In this document: one piece after another, positions 15,440-30,623 of the stretch
Numbering within the stretch: the first letter of the stretch is position 1
Layout: every line of letters starts with the position of its first letter
From: the human T2T-CHM13v2.0 reference genome, Homo sapiens
DNA: 64,000 nucleotides
NCBI RefSeq assembly: GCF_009914755.1
Contig: NC_060925.1
Strand: one strand, 5' to 3'
The notes under the pieces: generated by a model
Databases searched by the model: none
What the model was told of the DNA's origin: nothing
What the model saw: the letters and a program-made list of their open reading frames with translations, nothing else
Made by a program: the position numbers and the translations under genes

Positions 15440-15688
15440 GACAATATTATTTAATAAGTACTGAAGACTTTTTTTAAAAAATAAAGAACATTTATATATA
15501 ATTCTGAGGGAGGTAGTTCAAAAAAAAATAGTGCTCGGTTTCTAAGTCTTAATGTATAATGACTACTATATTTATAAATGTATGTTTGTTAACCAGAATT
15601 GTGTATTTGTACTAATTACAAGATGGATATGAAATATTTATTATCAAATTAATCCAAAGTCACCACCTTGCTCTTTTCTTATTTGAAG

Positions 15689-15828
15689 ATATTTGTTTGA
15701 AAGAAACTATGTCTTTGGCTGATAGCCTGTATAATCTGCAGCTGATTCAAGAATTTTGCCAAGAATACTTGAACCAGTGTTGCCATTTCACTCTGGAAGA
15801 TATGCTCTATGCTGCTTCATCCATAAAG
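15689..15828 (+). CDS. CAMSAP2: CAMSAP2 coding exon (140 nt): (D)ICLKETMSLADSLYNLQL...ASSIK
   Basis: aAG acceptor, AAG|GTAAAT donor; phase 1-0; CAMSAP CH motif SLADSLYNL. Confidence 0.95.
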
Positions 15829-15832
15829 GTAA

Positions 15833-16064
<232 letters not shown>

Positions 16065-16261
16065 TTAAAAATAAAAAATAAACCATAGAACAAGATATAT
16101 AAATGACCTAGCAACTTTAAGCTTATAGATTAACTATATTAGTCAAAAGAACTTTTGAAGAAAGTTTTTAATTTTTTTCTCCTTATTTTGTTTTTTAATA
16201 TACTATAAGCTACAAGTTTCTTTTATAGTGCAAAGCCAAACTTAAAGTCATGTACAAAATT

Positions 16262-16560
16262 GGCCAGTTGTAGTGACTCGTGCCTGTAATCCCAGCACTT
16301 TGGGAGGAGGAGGTGGGCAGATAGCTTGAGCTCAGGAGTTCAAGACCAGACTGGGCAACATGGTGAAACCCCATCCCTACAATAAATACAAAAATTAGCT
16401 GGGAGTGGTGGCATGTGCCTGTGTTCCCAGCTACTCGAAGGCTGAGGTAGGAGGATTGCTTGAGTCTGGAAGGCAGAGGTTGCGGTGAGCTGAGATCGCG
16501 CCACTGCACCCTAGCCTGGGCAGCAGAGCCAGGCCCTGTCTCAAAAAAAGAAAAAAAAAA
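16262..16560 (+). mobile_element. Alu (AluJb/S-like)
   Basis: Full dimer; TSD aaagtcatgtacaaaatt. Confidence 0.95.
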
Positions 16561-17064
16561 GTCATGTACAAAATTGATCTATTGTCTTAATGTTTGCAAA
16601 ATAGAGAATAAGCCATTAAATGTTTCTTACAAATAGCAATGCTTACAAATAGTAAGATTCTTTATAAATAATGAAGCTTTCTTTTTCTTAAAGAATTTTT
16701 AATTTTTGAATTAAAAAATTAATTGAAAAGTAACATTATGTACTATTTAACTACCATTATGCATAAATATATGATATGTATAGTTAAATGATATGGTATC
16801 CTTGCGTATTTTTATGTGTACAATGAGTCATTGAGCATTAAATTGAAATTTAGTTTGTTTATTCTCACTAGATTATATATAATTGTTCTGTAGTTACCAG
16901 ACTGTTTGAAATTTGTCACGTTTATTGTCCTTTGACTGTAGGCTAATGTATGCTGTCAGATTGTGTTAAAATAATAAAATTTCACATGGGTAGTATTATT
17001 TTCTTAATTTTAAGTTGAATATATTTTATTTACATTGATGTTAAATGTTAAAAATAATAATCAT

Positions 17065-17422
<358 letters not shown>

Positions 17423-17614
17423 TTAAGTTGTGTTATGAATACTGTTATTTTTAATACTTCAAGAATTATGTCTTATCCTCCAGATGTTATTTTAGTAATG
17501 TTAGTGTTGTACTTTATGTGAGTCAATAATATAAAGTCAATTCAGAAATCAGAAATGTTTTCTAGTTGAGTCATATTAATTTATGAAATACTGAACTACA
17601 ATATAAAAACTTCA

Positions 17615-17910
17615 GGCCTGGTGCGGTGGCTCATGCCTATAATCCCAGCACTTTGGGAGGACAAGGCAGGAGGATCGCTTCAGTCCAGGAGTTTGAGACC
17701 GGCCTGGGCAACATAGTGAGACCTTTGTCTTTACAGAAAATAAAGTTAGCCAGGCGTGATGGCACACATGTGTAGTACCAGCTACTCAGGAGGTTGATAT
17801 TGGAGGATTGCTTGAACCTAGGAGGCTGAGACTGCAGTGAGCCCTGATTGCATGACTGCACTCCAAACTTAGTGACAAACCAAGACCCTGTCACCAAAAA
17901 CAAAACAAAA
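17615..17910 (+). mobile_element. Alu (AluJ-like)
   Basis: Diverged dimer, (aaaac)n tail. Confidence 0.9.
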
Positions 17911-19064
17911 ACCATAGGGGCTTTCTCTTTTAATTTTTAAAGGTTAAAAAAGAGTGTTTAAAATAGTAATTATTTGAAGTTCAAGATTTGCTGTTGTTAA
18001 AAACATGGTGGGAATCATATACATGCTATATAAACACAGGCAACCCCCATGTATGCAGTTTTAGTTCTGGTAAACCATTTGGAAGCAGACTGGGGAAACG
18101 AACTGGGTACACCTTTGCTTTTGAAGAATTTTAGGATTTGTTTGCAGCTACTCTAGGTTACCAAGTGTCACATGTGCATCATTAGAACAAAGCCCTAATT
18201 TAAGACACTGAAGAACTACAGAATGCAAGTGTGTAAAAGTTATTAAGATGAAAAGAAAGGAGCGTTAAACAAGTTTGTCAGCAAAATGTAAAATGGCAAA
18301 ATTTGGAGATTATTATAACTTTTAGAACATTGCAGGACCCACACTAATGTTTGAAAAATATTTTAGCGAGAGACTATTATATGCTAGACACTGTACTGAG
18401 CCTGGGGATTTGGTCATTTATTCATTCATCGGCAGATATTTACTGAGTATCTCCATGTGCCAGACACTATTCTTAGCTTTGGAGGTAAAGCAGAGAACGA
18501 AATGGCAGGGTAAACTATAAAGCCAGTGGTAAAGACATTTCTAAAATAAGCCACTGCTCCTGCTGACCCAAAGTTGTACCCAGTCTCTTGTGTCTGACAC
18601 ATCAAAAAAAATTTTTTTCTAATTGATGTTGAAGGTTTACACCCTTGCCATTCATATCAGAATGAAAGGTAATATCATTTCCATATATATCTTGTAATGC
18701 TTTTTCTGGTATTTTCAGGTAATAACAGAAATATTAATTTCTGTTAGTACCAGAAAAGGCATCAACATGATATCTACATTGTCAGCTAAAAATTTAAATG
18801 CTACTTCTGTAATCTCAAAGGAAAAAAACTGTCTCACTAAATACATGGAGATATAAGATTGCATTTGTTTAAGTTGGTATACCTTGGACTTCCAATACAT
18901 AATATACAGTCCTGATGTTTATATCAACTTTGTCTGGGTACGACCCATATAAAGATATTTTCTTAAATTAGGTATATTTAAACTATGATTTTCTACAGAA
19001 AGGGCTTTGGTCACTTTCTATGTTCTTTACTTATTACTACCACAGCTTTGACTTCATTTGAATC

Positions 19065-20965
19065 TTTTTTTTTTTAATTCAATCTTATTTTAAACTTTTA
19101 GCTTAAGCTCAAGGGTACATATGCAGGTTTGTTACATAGGTAAACTTGTGTCATGGGAGTTTGTGGTACAGATTTTTATTTCGTCACCCAGGTATTAACC
19201 TTAATACCCATCAGTTATTTCTCCTGATCCTCTCCCTCCTTTCACCTTCCACTCGTGGATAGTTTGCAGTTTCTGTTGTTCTCTTTCTGTCCCTGTGTTT
19301 TCGTCACATAAGTGAGAGCATGTGGTGTGTGGTTTTGTTTCTGCATTAGTTTGCTAAGGATAATGACCTCCAGCTCCATCTGTGTTCCTACAAAGGACAT
19401 GATCTTGTTCTTTTTTATGGCTGCATAGTATTCCATAGTGTATATGTACCCCATTTTCTTTATCCAGTCTAGCGTCAATGGGCATTTAGGATGATTCCAT
19501 GTCTTGGCTATTGTTAATAGTGCTGCAGTGAACATACACATGCATGTGTCTTTTTGGTGGAATGATTTATGTTCCTTTGGGATATACCCAGTAATGGGAT
19601 TGCTGGGTTCAGTAGTATTTCTGTTTTTAGGTCTTTGAGGAATTACCACACTGTTTTCCACATTGGTTGAACTAGTTTACACTCCTACCAACAGTGTGTA
19701 AATGTTCCTTTTTCTCTGCAACTTTGTCAACACCTATTATTTTTTGACTTTTTAGTAAGAGCCATTCTAACCGGTGTGAGATGGTATCTCATTGTGGTTT
19801 TGATTTGCATTTCTCTAATGATCAGTGATATTGGGCTTTTTTTCATATGCTTGTTGGCCGCGTGTATGTCTATGTCTTTTGAAAAGTGTCTGTTCATGTC
19901 CTTTGCCCACTTCTTAATGAGATTATTTTTATCTTGTAAATATGTTTAAGTCCCTTATAGATGCTGGATATGAGACCTTGGTCAGATGCATAGTCCGAAA
20001 AATTTTCTCCCATTCTATAAGCTCTCTGTTCACACTGTTGATAGTTTCTTTTGCTGTGCAGAAGCTTTGTAGTTTAATTAGATCCTATTTGTCAATTTTT
20101 GCTTTTGTTGCAACTTCTTTTGGCACCTTTGTCATGAAATCTTTGCCCATTCCTATGTCCAGAATGGTACTGCCTAGATTTTCTTCCAGGGTTTTTATAG
20201 TTTTGGGTTTATATTTAATTCTTTAATCCATCTTGAGTTAATTTTTTTATATAGTGTAAGGAAAGTGTCTGTTTTCCATCTTCTGAGTATGGCTAGACCG
20301 TTATCCCAGCACCATTTGTTGAATAGGGAGTCCTTCCCCATTGTTTGCTTTGGTCAGCTTTTTCAAAGATCAGATGGTTGTAGATATGTGGCCTTATTTC
20401 TGGGCTCTCTGTTCTGTTCCATTTTTGTACCAGTACCATGCTGTTTTGGTTACTGTAGCCCTGTAATATAGTTTGCAGTCAGGTAACATGATGCCTCCTG
20501 CTTTGTTCTTTTTGCTTAAGATTGCCTTGGGTATTCAGGTTCTTTTTTGGTTCAATATGATTTTTAAAATAGTTTTTTTTAGTTCTATGAAGAATATCAT
20601 TGGTAGTTTAATAAGAATAGCATTGAATCTATACATTGATTTGGGCAGTATGGCTATTTTAACAATATTGATTCTTCCTGTCCATGAGCATGGAATGTTT
20701 TTCCATTTGTTTGTATCATCTCTGATTTCTTTGAGCAGTGTATTGTAGTTCTCCTTGTAGAGATCTTTCACTTTCCTGGTTAGCTGTATTCCTAGGTATT
20801 TTATTCTTTTTGTGCCAGTTGTGAATGGGATTGCATTCCTGATTTGGCTCTTGGCTTAACTGTTGTTGGTGTATAGGAATGTTAGTGATTTTTGTACATT
20901 AATTTTGTATCCTGAGACTTTGCTGAAGTTGTTTATCAGCTTAAGGAGCTTTTGGGACAAGAGTA
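19065..20965 (-). mobile_element. 5'-truncated L1 (old L1PA-like), 3' ORF2 remnant + 3'UTR, antisense to CAMSAP2
   Basis: Minus-strand ORFs 20535..20771 ([24 protein letters not shown]) and 19242..19661 (IYTMEYYAAIKK) are L1 ORF2 C-terminal sequence; T-rich tail at 19065. Confidence 0.95.
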
Positions 20966-21466
20966 TGTAGCCTTATGACCATCTTAACTAAAAGAAGGAA
21001 AGAAGAAGCTTTTAAATGAATTAATCTGGCATCATTCCTGAAATATGGTGACAGATTTATTGCTGTTTAATCGTCATGAACTCAGAAAGACATAATCTTC
21101 ATAAGTTTTAATTACTGGGAAAATTATTTCTTACTCTACTGACATCTTGTGGCCAGATAGTACAATTAATGTTATTAGGATGGCTATCTTACCAAAGTCC
21201 TTAAAATATTAACTTATTTTCTGTTCAACAGATAATTATTGAGCACTTAAGCAGTATTTTTTCAAAATATAATCAGCTTTCAGTTAACTAGGCTAGTAAA
21301 ATGGAACCTAGCACCAGTACTTAAAAACCAATTTTATACTTTGGCTTTAGAAAGTATACCATAAAGATAAGTATAAAGAAGAAATATAAATCACAATAAT
21401 CTTACTAATCAGAAATATTGTGTCAATGTTTTGATGTTTTACTGACTGTTTTTTTTAGTACGTAGA

Positions 21467-22500
21467 TTCATTCATTTGTACATTCATTTAATAAATATTT
21501 ATTGAGCACCTATCATGTGCCAGACACTGTTTTAAACACTGAAGATATAATGATGAGCATAAACTTTGTCTTTTTAGACTTTATCATCTGGAGGGTAAGA
21601 TGAGGAAACTTGGAGAATGTAGTAATAGATAAATCTGGGAAGAGAAAAAGGGACTGTACCAAGTAGCCTCTTGTAAGCCATAGTAAGATTCCCTTTACCT
21701 CAAGAGCAATGGAAAGAGAGTTGCATTTTGAAAAGTTTGTTTTCTTAGCAAGCCAAAGAAAAAGCTATTGTGTTCCAAACAAGGCAAAAATGTTTGAATC
21801 AGAGCAGTTATGATGGAGAGAAGTTGGTGAATTCCAGAAATATTTAGGATGCAAAATCTGCATGCTTTGGTGATGAATTGGACATGGGAGAAAGAAGGTG
21901 TCAAGGATGACTCCTAGGTTTCTGGTTTGCACACTGGGATAGTGGTGCCATTCAGTGAGATAAGGACTGCAGTAAGATCACATTTGTAGGGAAGGTCACT
22001 ATTTCAATTTTGGACATAGGCCTTTGAGATATCCAAAAGAAAATGCTCGGTAGGCCACTGCATATATAAGTGCAGTCAGTACATTTGAGAATCATTTAGT
22101 AGCTGATGGACGTAGGCATGGCAGTGTTTCAAAGAGGGGCGAGATCAGGAATATCAAATGCAGCTGAGAGGTCAAGTAAGATGGGAAATCTGTTTGATTT
22201 AGCAACATATGTACATCATTGGTGACTTGAGCAGTTGCTGTTAGGGGAATGATGTGACTCAGTGCCAAGACTGAAGTAGATTAGAGAGTAAAAGTGATGA
22301 AATGGAAAATGTCAGTAGAGGCCTGCTCCTAAAAGAAGTTTGTGAAGAGGTAAAAAGATGGTGGGAATGAGGAGAAACTAGAGAATAGTTATTGAGTAAA
22401 GGTTTTGTTTCATTTATTTTGATGGGAGGGATTTGAGCATGTTTAAAAGCCAAATAGGAAGGATTCTGTTGACAGGGGAAGGATACATATGTAGGAGAGA
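21467..22500 (-). mobile_element. L2 LINE remnant
   Basis: ttcattcatt...aaatatttattgagcacctatcatgtgccagacactg (L2 3' end, reverse) followed by typical purine-rich L2 body. Confidence 0.7.
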
Positions 22501-22511
22501 AAAGTAGGATT

Positions 22512-22845
22512 AAGAATATAATGGCATTCACAGCAATTTGGATGGAATTGGAGACCATTATTCTAAGTGAAGTAACTCAGGAATGGAAAACCAAACATCA
22601 TATGTTCTCACTCATAAGTGGGAGCTAAGCCATAAGGATGCAAAGGCATAAGAATGATACAGTGGACTTTGGGGACTCAGGGAAAAAAGCAGGAGGGAGG
22701 TGAGGGATAAAAGACCACACATTGGGTACAGTGTACACTGCTTGGGTGATGGGTGCACCAGAATCTCAGAAATTACTTAAAGAACTTATTCATGTAACCA
22801 AACACCACCTGTTCCCCTAAACACCTATTAAAATAAGAAATAAAT
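22512..22845 (+). mobile_element. L1PB/L1MA-like 3' end fragment
   Basis: ggatggaattggagaccattattctaagtgaagtaactcaggaatggaaaacc...gtaaccaaacaccacctgttcccc. Confidence 0.85.
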
Positions 22846-23269
22846 TTTTTAAAACTGTAAAGTTTCTGAGAAGTCAAGCAGGGATGAGAGCCACTGCATA
22901 GCCTTTACGGATTATAAGCATTCTTATTACTTTTTTTAGTCACAAATTTTAATGGCTGCTTCAATTAGTATGTATCTGTATATCAACATTCTAAAATTCT
23001 GAGAATTTACAGTAAAAGCAAACATGAAGGTAAAGTAGAAACCTACCAAATGCTCTTCACCACTGTGCATTATCTTCTGTAACACTCCAGACTCTTACAC
23101 TCAGCCACCTACAAGACAGGTCCACTTAAATGTCCAGTGAACATCTCAAACAATGACTCTAGATTCCTTTCATTACCTGTTTCTCCCAGTCCTTTCTATC
23201 TCACTATTAGTTGCTCGAGACAAAAACCTAAGAGTCATCACTCTTGATTCTTCTCTTTTCATCACTTTC

Positions 23270-23546
23270 TTTTTATTTTTTTTTAGAGACAGGGTCTCAC
23301 TCTGTCACCCAGGCTGGAGTGCAGTGGCACAATCAGCCAAATCCTGGGCTCAAGCTGTATTCCTGCCCTAGCCTCCCAAGCAGCTAGGATGACAGGCACG
23401 TGCCACCATGCATAGCTAATTTTTAAAATTTTTATAGAGGCAAGCTATGTTGCCCAGGCTGGTCTCAACCTCCAGGCCTCAAGCAGTCCTTCCTCCTCAG
23501 CCTCCTCAAGCACTGGGATTACAGGCATGAGCCACTGCGCCCAGCC
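23270..23546 (-). mobile_element. Alu (AluJ-like) with internal deletions
   Basis: Reverse Alu; TSD tcttttc(a/t)tcactttct. Confidence 0.9.
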
Positions 23547-24221
23547 TCTTTTCTTCACTTTCTACATACACGATAGCCTTCCAGAACTATCAGATGAGAG
23601 ATGATATTTGAAAGTCACCAACTTAAATATGAGAAAACCAAGAGAACGCATGAGTTCTAGTGGAGAGCATATAGAGTTTAAGGATTATTCATAATTAGCA
23701 AGTAGGAAGAAGGCAAGACATTAGAAAATAACCATATCCAGGATAATCTTAAAAACTTTAATATGAAATAAGACCTTATTAAACATTAATAAATTTGATA
23801 GTAACTATTTTATTAAATGCCAAACACCCAAAATTTAGAAAACATATTATTTTAAATAGTTATGAAAACAGATTTTGTAGTTTTTAAAAATTTACCGAAT
23901 GCCTAAAATTGAAATAATTCTTCATGCTTACAGCTTTTATTTTATATGCATTTTAAAATATAAACTTGTAGTAGAAATGTGCTTTTGAGGACCCTTAATC
24001 CTTTCTCTTAATTTTAAGCCATTTAAAAAATTATTTACATTTTAAAATAGTAATAATAAAAGGTAACATTGTTGACTTATTGATAACTTTTCAAAGTTAG
24101 GTAGATACATTCATTGTATAAATAATGTTTTGTACATTTCAAAATTATTAAAAATTAGCTATAAAAATTTAGTTTTGGTGTTATTTAGCACCTGTATTAC
24201 TGGTGAGTTTAACATTACTGA

Positions 24222-24528
<307 letters not shown>

Positions 24529-24976
24529 AAATAAAGTATTTTTTTAACACTACATCCAGTTACGTTTTGGAGAAATTTCTAGGGATCTGAGTAGAGCTTA
24601 GTTATGTTTTGAAAGTGATAACCCCTCTTTAGAGTGTCAGATGATTGAATAACTTTTTAAGTTGCTTATATTTACTTTGGAATGAAAGTGCCTTATATAT
24701 TATCTCAGTGTTCTACACAGTTAGAGGTATTCATGCCTGCTAGATCAATTGGACCACCATTTTAGAACTATAGAGCAAATGATCAGCAAGAGGTTTTGAA
24801 TAGTTATAATTTTTACCCACAAGAGTTAATATTCCATCCCATGTTTAATAGCCTACTATAGTGAATATACTCCAGTGATGAATGAATGAGATTTAAACCT
24901 ATATTTTAAAACAATAAAATTCTGTTTATCATGAAGTTTTACCTAATGTAGGCTTTCTCTTAAATTTCCTATATAG

Positions 24977-25070
24977 AGTAATTATTTGGTGTTCATGGCG
25001 GAACTGTTCTGGTGGTTTGAAGTGGTGAAGCCGTCTTTTGTACAGCCTCGTGTTGTTCGTCCACAAGGAG
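24977..25070 (+). CDS. CAMSAP2: CAMSAP2 coding exon (94 nt): SNYLVFMAELFWWFEVVKPSFVQPRVVRPQG
   Basis: tAG 24975-6, GAG|GTAATC; phase 0-1; AELFWWFE is a CAMSAP/Patronin signature. Confidence 0.95.
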
Positions 25071-25676
25071 GTAATCAATCTTTTTAATTTTAAATGTTCC
25101 TATGAACAGAAAAAAATGGAATGTTGATATAACCTTACCTGGTTACATTTTTAGAAATCAGCCTATTATTTTTTTTTTAGATTTCAGCTATTACACTTGA
25201 TAGATTCTCCTAACCTCTTAAAATGGTTAGAGGAGAAGAAAAAGAAAATGGAGGGAATGGCTTTGAATTTGAAGTCTTATGATGTGGAACTTTTAGCTTT
25301 AACTGTCCATTTCTTTTCTTTGCATCTTTTATCGTTATCCCAGCTTTTATTCCCTTTTAGATTCTTAGTTTTTAACATTGTGTTACCCAGAATCCCCACA
25401 AATTATTGTTTGGCCTTAACCCGCAACTCGAATTTGCCATTAAACTATAAAAAGGTTTGTATGGATTTTTAAACCTAGTGGATTTTATGACTATTATATC
25501 ATGAACTATTGATTGTACATAATAAGAATAAAATTAGTAAGAAATAAGGGGGTTACTGTAAAGACCCCTAGATATAAGGAACAAAAAATCTTCCTAAATT
25601 TTCTGTAAAGCAAAATTTCACATAGCAAAACCAATTTTCTCTTGGCTCCCATTATAAAACTAGAGGTTTATTTCTA

Positions 25677-25983
25677 GGCTGGGTGCGGTGGCTCACGCCT
25701 GTAATCCTAGCACTTTGAGAGGCCTAGGCGGGTGGATTACCTGAGGTCAGGAGTTTGAAACCAGGCTGGGCAACATGGTGAAACCCTGTCTCTACTAAAA
25801 ATACAAAAATTAGCCGGGCATGTTGGTGCATGCCTGTAATTCCAGCTACTCGGGAGGCTGAGACAGTAGAGTTACTTGAACCCAGGAGGCAGAGGTTGCA
25901 GTGAGCGAGATTGCATCACTGCACTCCAGCCTGGGTGACAGAGATGAGACACCATCTCAAAAAAAAAAGAAAAAAAAAAAAAA
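25677..25983 (+). mobile_element. Alu (AluS-like)
   Basis: Full dimer; ~20 bp TSD aaaactagaggtttatttcta. Confidence 0.95.
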
Positions 25984-26747
25984 CTAGAGGTTTATTTCTA
26001 TAGGGGGAAAAATGATCTTAAATTATAAGCTTAGCCCACTAAAGAACTTTCTTCCAGCATAACTTATGGAAACATTTCTGTCTGCTACCAATAGCTGCCC
26101 TACCCAACGCAACACATGATCATTGTGCATCCCAACTACTTAGCAGCTTTCCTTGGCTCCAAAGTTTGTTATTTTTGTAACTGCTACCGTTACCTGCACC
26201 TCCCCGCTAAACCCCCAAAAAATAAAAGAAGAGAAAGTGATCAGGAAGGAGGAAAAACATATGTAGCCAAAGGGGAGGCATAGTCTAGTGAGTACAATGA
26301 GGTTACTTCAGGCAGCCCACCGCATCTCAGGCAAAAATCTGTGAAATAAGCAATAATTAGAGTATTGCTAAGCTTCTTAAGGCAGATTCTGAATATCGAG
26401 TCACTATATAACATTATATAACTTCTTTACATGCCTATAAAAAAATTGAGATGCTCCCCTAAGTCCATTGAATGAAGTCAGATATTCTTAGTAATTTTCA
26501 TAACCAATATTTGTATAATTTTTAAAAATTATTAACAGGGTTTTCACTACATTGCTTTCTGTGATTTCACCTGTGAAGCTCACTATTCAAAATACCAACA
26601 GCTGTTGCATCAGATCTCAAAGTCAAAAAGTAAATTGAGTCTTCCTCCAGAGTTACTTACAAAAATAAAAGTATACCAGCAGGTTTAATTATTTTCTAAA
26701 GAAATTCTGTTTTTCTCTAATTGACCAAAATACCAGCTGTTTCATAA

Positions 26748-27152
<405 letters not shown>

Positions 27153-27250
27153 CACTTATTTTTGTTTTAAATACATGTATTTATTTTATGTTAGGCTTTT
27201 TCCCCCTAATTATCCTTAATCAGATGAATTTTTTAATTTAAGAAATTTTT

Positions 27251-27591
<341 letters not shown>

Positions 27592-27764
27592 TTAAAGAAA
27601 CTTGACCCTTTGAAAATTATTTAAGAAGAAAACTTTATGCTATGATTTCTCAATACGTAGAAAGGGAAATAGAAGTTAAATTTTGTTATAAATTTGCTTA
27701 TGGTCCAGAATTTTTCATAGAAATATGCTAATTTGAGGGTGTTTTTAAAAATCTTTTATTCCAG

Positions 27765-27852
27765 CTGAACCTGTAAAAGATATGCCTTCAATTCCTGTCT
27801 TGAATGCTGCCAAAAGAAATGTCTTAGATAGTAGTTCTGACTTCCCTTCAAG
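27765..27852 (+). CDS. CAMSAP2: CAMSAP2 coding exon (88 nt): (A)EPVKDMPSIPVLNAAKRNVLDSSSDFPS
   Basis: cAG acceptor, AAG|GTAAAC; phase 1-2, open frame. Confidence 0.9.
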
Positions 27853-28281
27853 GTAAACTCCACAATGACTTTATTTTCACCATTTCTATTCTATTTACTA
27901 ATTAAATTACATAATATTATATTACATTAAATAAGGTTTTTAAGAATTTCAGTTGGATTTTGAACTGTTATAATTAGCTTACCCTATTAAAGCCTGTTTT
28001 AACTTAAATATAAATTGAAATATACACTGAAATGAATGTTTATGTACCACACTGAAAAGATGGGACAATATATTCTAAGTTCCCAATAACCAACCTAAAA
28101 CCAAACTTTTGATGCATAACTTGTTCATAATTGAGAACTGTCTAATAGGTAACTCTTAGGCCTTGGAGGGAAATTTTGAAATTCTATTAGGACTTTTACA
28201 TATTTTATTATTTTAAAAATCTTTGAAGGTTTTTCCTGCTTTTTTTTTTTTCTTGTTAGGATAGCTATTGAGAGATCACAG

Positions 28282-28777
28282 TGTTACCCACACAACGGGT
28301 GGGTTTGGTCTCTTGGCAGATGACAGTCCAAAGCCACAACCAAGGAGGATTTAACAAGACGAGGATTTTATTACTTGCAGCAAGTAAGGAGGACACCGGG
28401 AATAATTCCCCAAAGCAGTGCCTCCTCAAGCAGAGGTGAAAATAGGGCTTTTAGTAGGCTGGTTAACTGTATCATTGTGTGTAGAGGTGGAGTAAAGGCA
28501 GTAAAGGCACAGTCATCAGTCATGCTTCTGCATACTGGCATGTATAGAAAATGCGGAATAAGCTCCTCCTTGGATGGGATTTTTAGTGTGGTAATGGTAA
28601 TACATTTCCGTCTCAGGCATCTCTACATCCACCCAGCTTGTGTAGTTTTTGTTTTGTAATGTGGGGTTGGGCTGCTTCCTGGAAATTTCTCAAACAATAA
28701 AAATTTCAAGGTGCAACAGTTACAAGCAGGTACCTTTTCACAGTGTGTACCTGAAAACCCAAGGACCCTGGGTTACA
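28282..28777 (-). mobile_element. Solo ERV LTR (~500 bp), family not assigned
   Basis: Inverted termini TGTTACCCA...TGGGTTACA; minus-strand AATAAA (tttatt 28367-72) ~85 bp from the end; imperfect 4-bp TSD acag/acaa. Confidence 0.7.
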
Positions 28778-30193
28778 ACAATAGAATATTTATTACAATA
28801 TTAAATCTTTAATGTTTTAGTACATAGTATTAGGAACTAAACTGAAAGCAAAGTAAAAATGTCCTATCATATTAATACCTAGATAATCCTGACTTCTCAC
28901 CCAGGTATATGATAGGGACATTAGTTTGTTTAAAAATGTATTTCAGCAGCTCCTATAAGCAGCTTTTTATTTGAATCTATTAGAACCTACAATTTATATT
29001 GACTTTGGACTCCCTAATCTATCTGATTTTTTACGTTAAAACTAATGTCTTTTGTGGGTTTTTGGAAATTCAGACACATTAAAAATACATTTCAAAAATT
29101 ATGAGTAAAACATTCAAAGTAATTTCTGTATGAATTCTTGGCTTAACACAAAAATATGAAATTTAGCAGGCATGGTGGGTCAATAGTGACATTTCCTTCC
29201 TTGAAGATTTAGAAAACACTCAGTGTTCTAGGTCATCACTCTTGCTCTATTAAATCTTTAAATTCCACTTTCAAAGTGGAGGAAAGTAAAGCTTTCCACT
29301 CAAAGATTAGATTATTCCATAATTATTCTAGGAACCTAAATGGACAGTCTCCCACATTTCTGAAAAATGTTTTAATTCATGTCCTCTGGAAAACTCATCT
29401 CTTTTCTGTCTCTCAGACATCTCAGCAGCTCATTTTTCCTATTTTTCCCAGCAGAAACTCTTTTTATAATGCAGATGGATGTCTACATTCTTTTCCTTGA
29501 AAAGTTATTGTGTAGCCATTATTCTAGGCTATTCTGAGTTCCTAGTCATCCTCTCATTTCTATAAGTCTCCATATGGTCCATTGTAGTTCTCCAACACTG
29601 TGGAACTTTTGAGAAAGAATTGAAGTATTTTTACCCTTCCTGGGAATAATGTAGCCACATCTCAAATGTTAGTGAACCTAAATAATGATTTTATGAGAAA
29701 GAAAAAAACAAAGGACGAAGACAGACAAAGCAAAAGATGTTTTCAGCAGCTACTCCACACACTTGGCTACCAGCTGTTGGAGATATACAAACAGGTCCGT
29801 GAGCAGAGAGGCTGTCAAGGTATTTTACTAGGGTTTATTATACCTATAGTTTTTAGAGATTAGATTTGACCAAAGTATTTCAAATTGGTGAGTTTCATTT
29901 TACTTTTTTATATATCAGTTTTTATGTTTATAAAAATGAAAATAATTCATATCTCACAAAGACATTGAGATGTATATGAAAGTACTTCAAGTTGTTTGGC
30001 TAAAAGACATAAAATATATATAGATACATACTGTAATCACAGCCATTCTTTGGTTTAAACAATATGTTTCCATATTTTTAAAATTTAGGTTGTAGAATGA
30101 GAGGTGGTAGTGTTGTTTCTAACTTAAGACATTCTACCTAAATTTATATTAAACAGCTAAAATATAACATTTTAAATTTATTTTCCATTGCAG

Positions 30194-30276
30194 TGGGGAA
30201 GGAGCTACATTTACACAGTCTCATCATCATTTGCCTTCTAGGTATTCACGTCCCCAGGCTCATTCTTCAGCCTCAG
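30194..30276 (+). CDS. CAMSAP2: CAMSAP2 coding exon (83 nt): (S)GEGATFTQSHHHLPSRYSRPQAHSSAS
   Basis: cAG acceptor, CAG|GTAATA; phase 2-1. Confidence 0.9.
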
Positions 30277-30623
30277 GTAATATATTTGAAAAAGCCTAGG
30301 AAAATACTCTTTTAAGTAGGTTACCTGGGAAATGATTGACAGTAAATATAAATAAACAAATATCCAGGGTTTTTTTTTGTGTGTGTGTGTGTGTTTTTTT
30401 GTTTGTTTGTTTGTTTTCTGAAAAATGGCTATTATAACACACTAAAAGCATGGTCAGTTTCACTGTGGTTGCTTTTCTTGATAAAATTATCTCTAATTCT
30501 CCTTATGTACCTACTTAATTTGTATTGCTATTAATGAATCCTCAAATACATGAAATCTCCTAAGTTGCTATAAGTTAATTTTTTTACATGATTTCAATGG
30601 CTTTTTCTTTTTTGCATTTGAAG

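Noticed and set aside
19242-20771. ORFs resembling a reverse-transcriptase protein
   Set aside because: Fragmented, 5'-truncated L1 ORF2 remnant, not an active element or novel RT system
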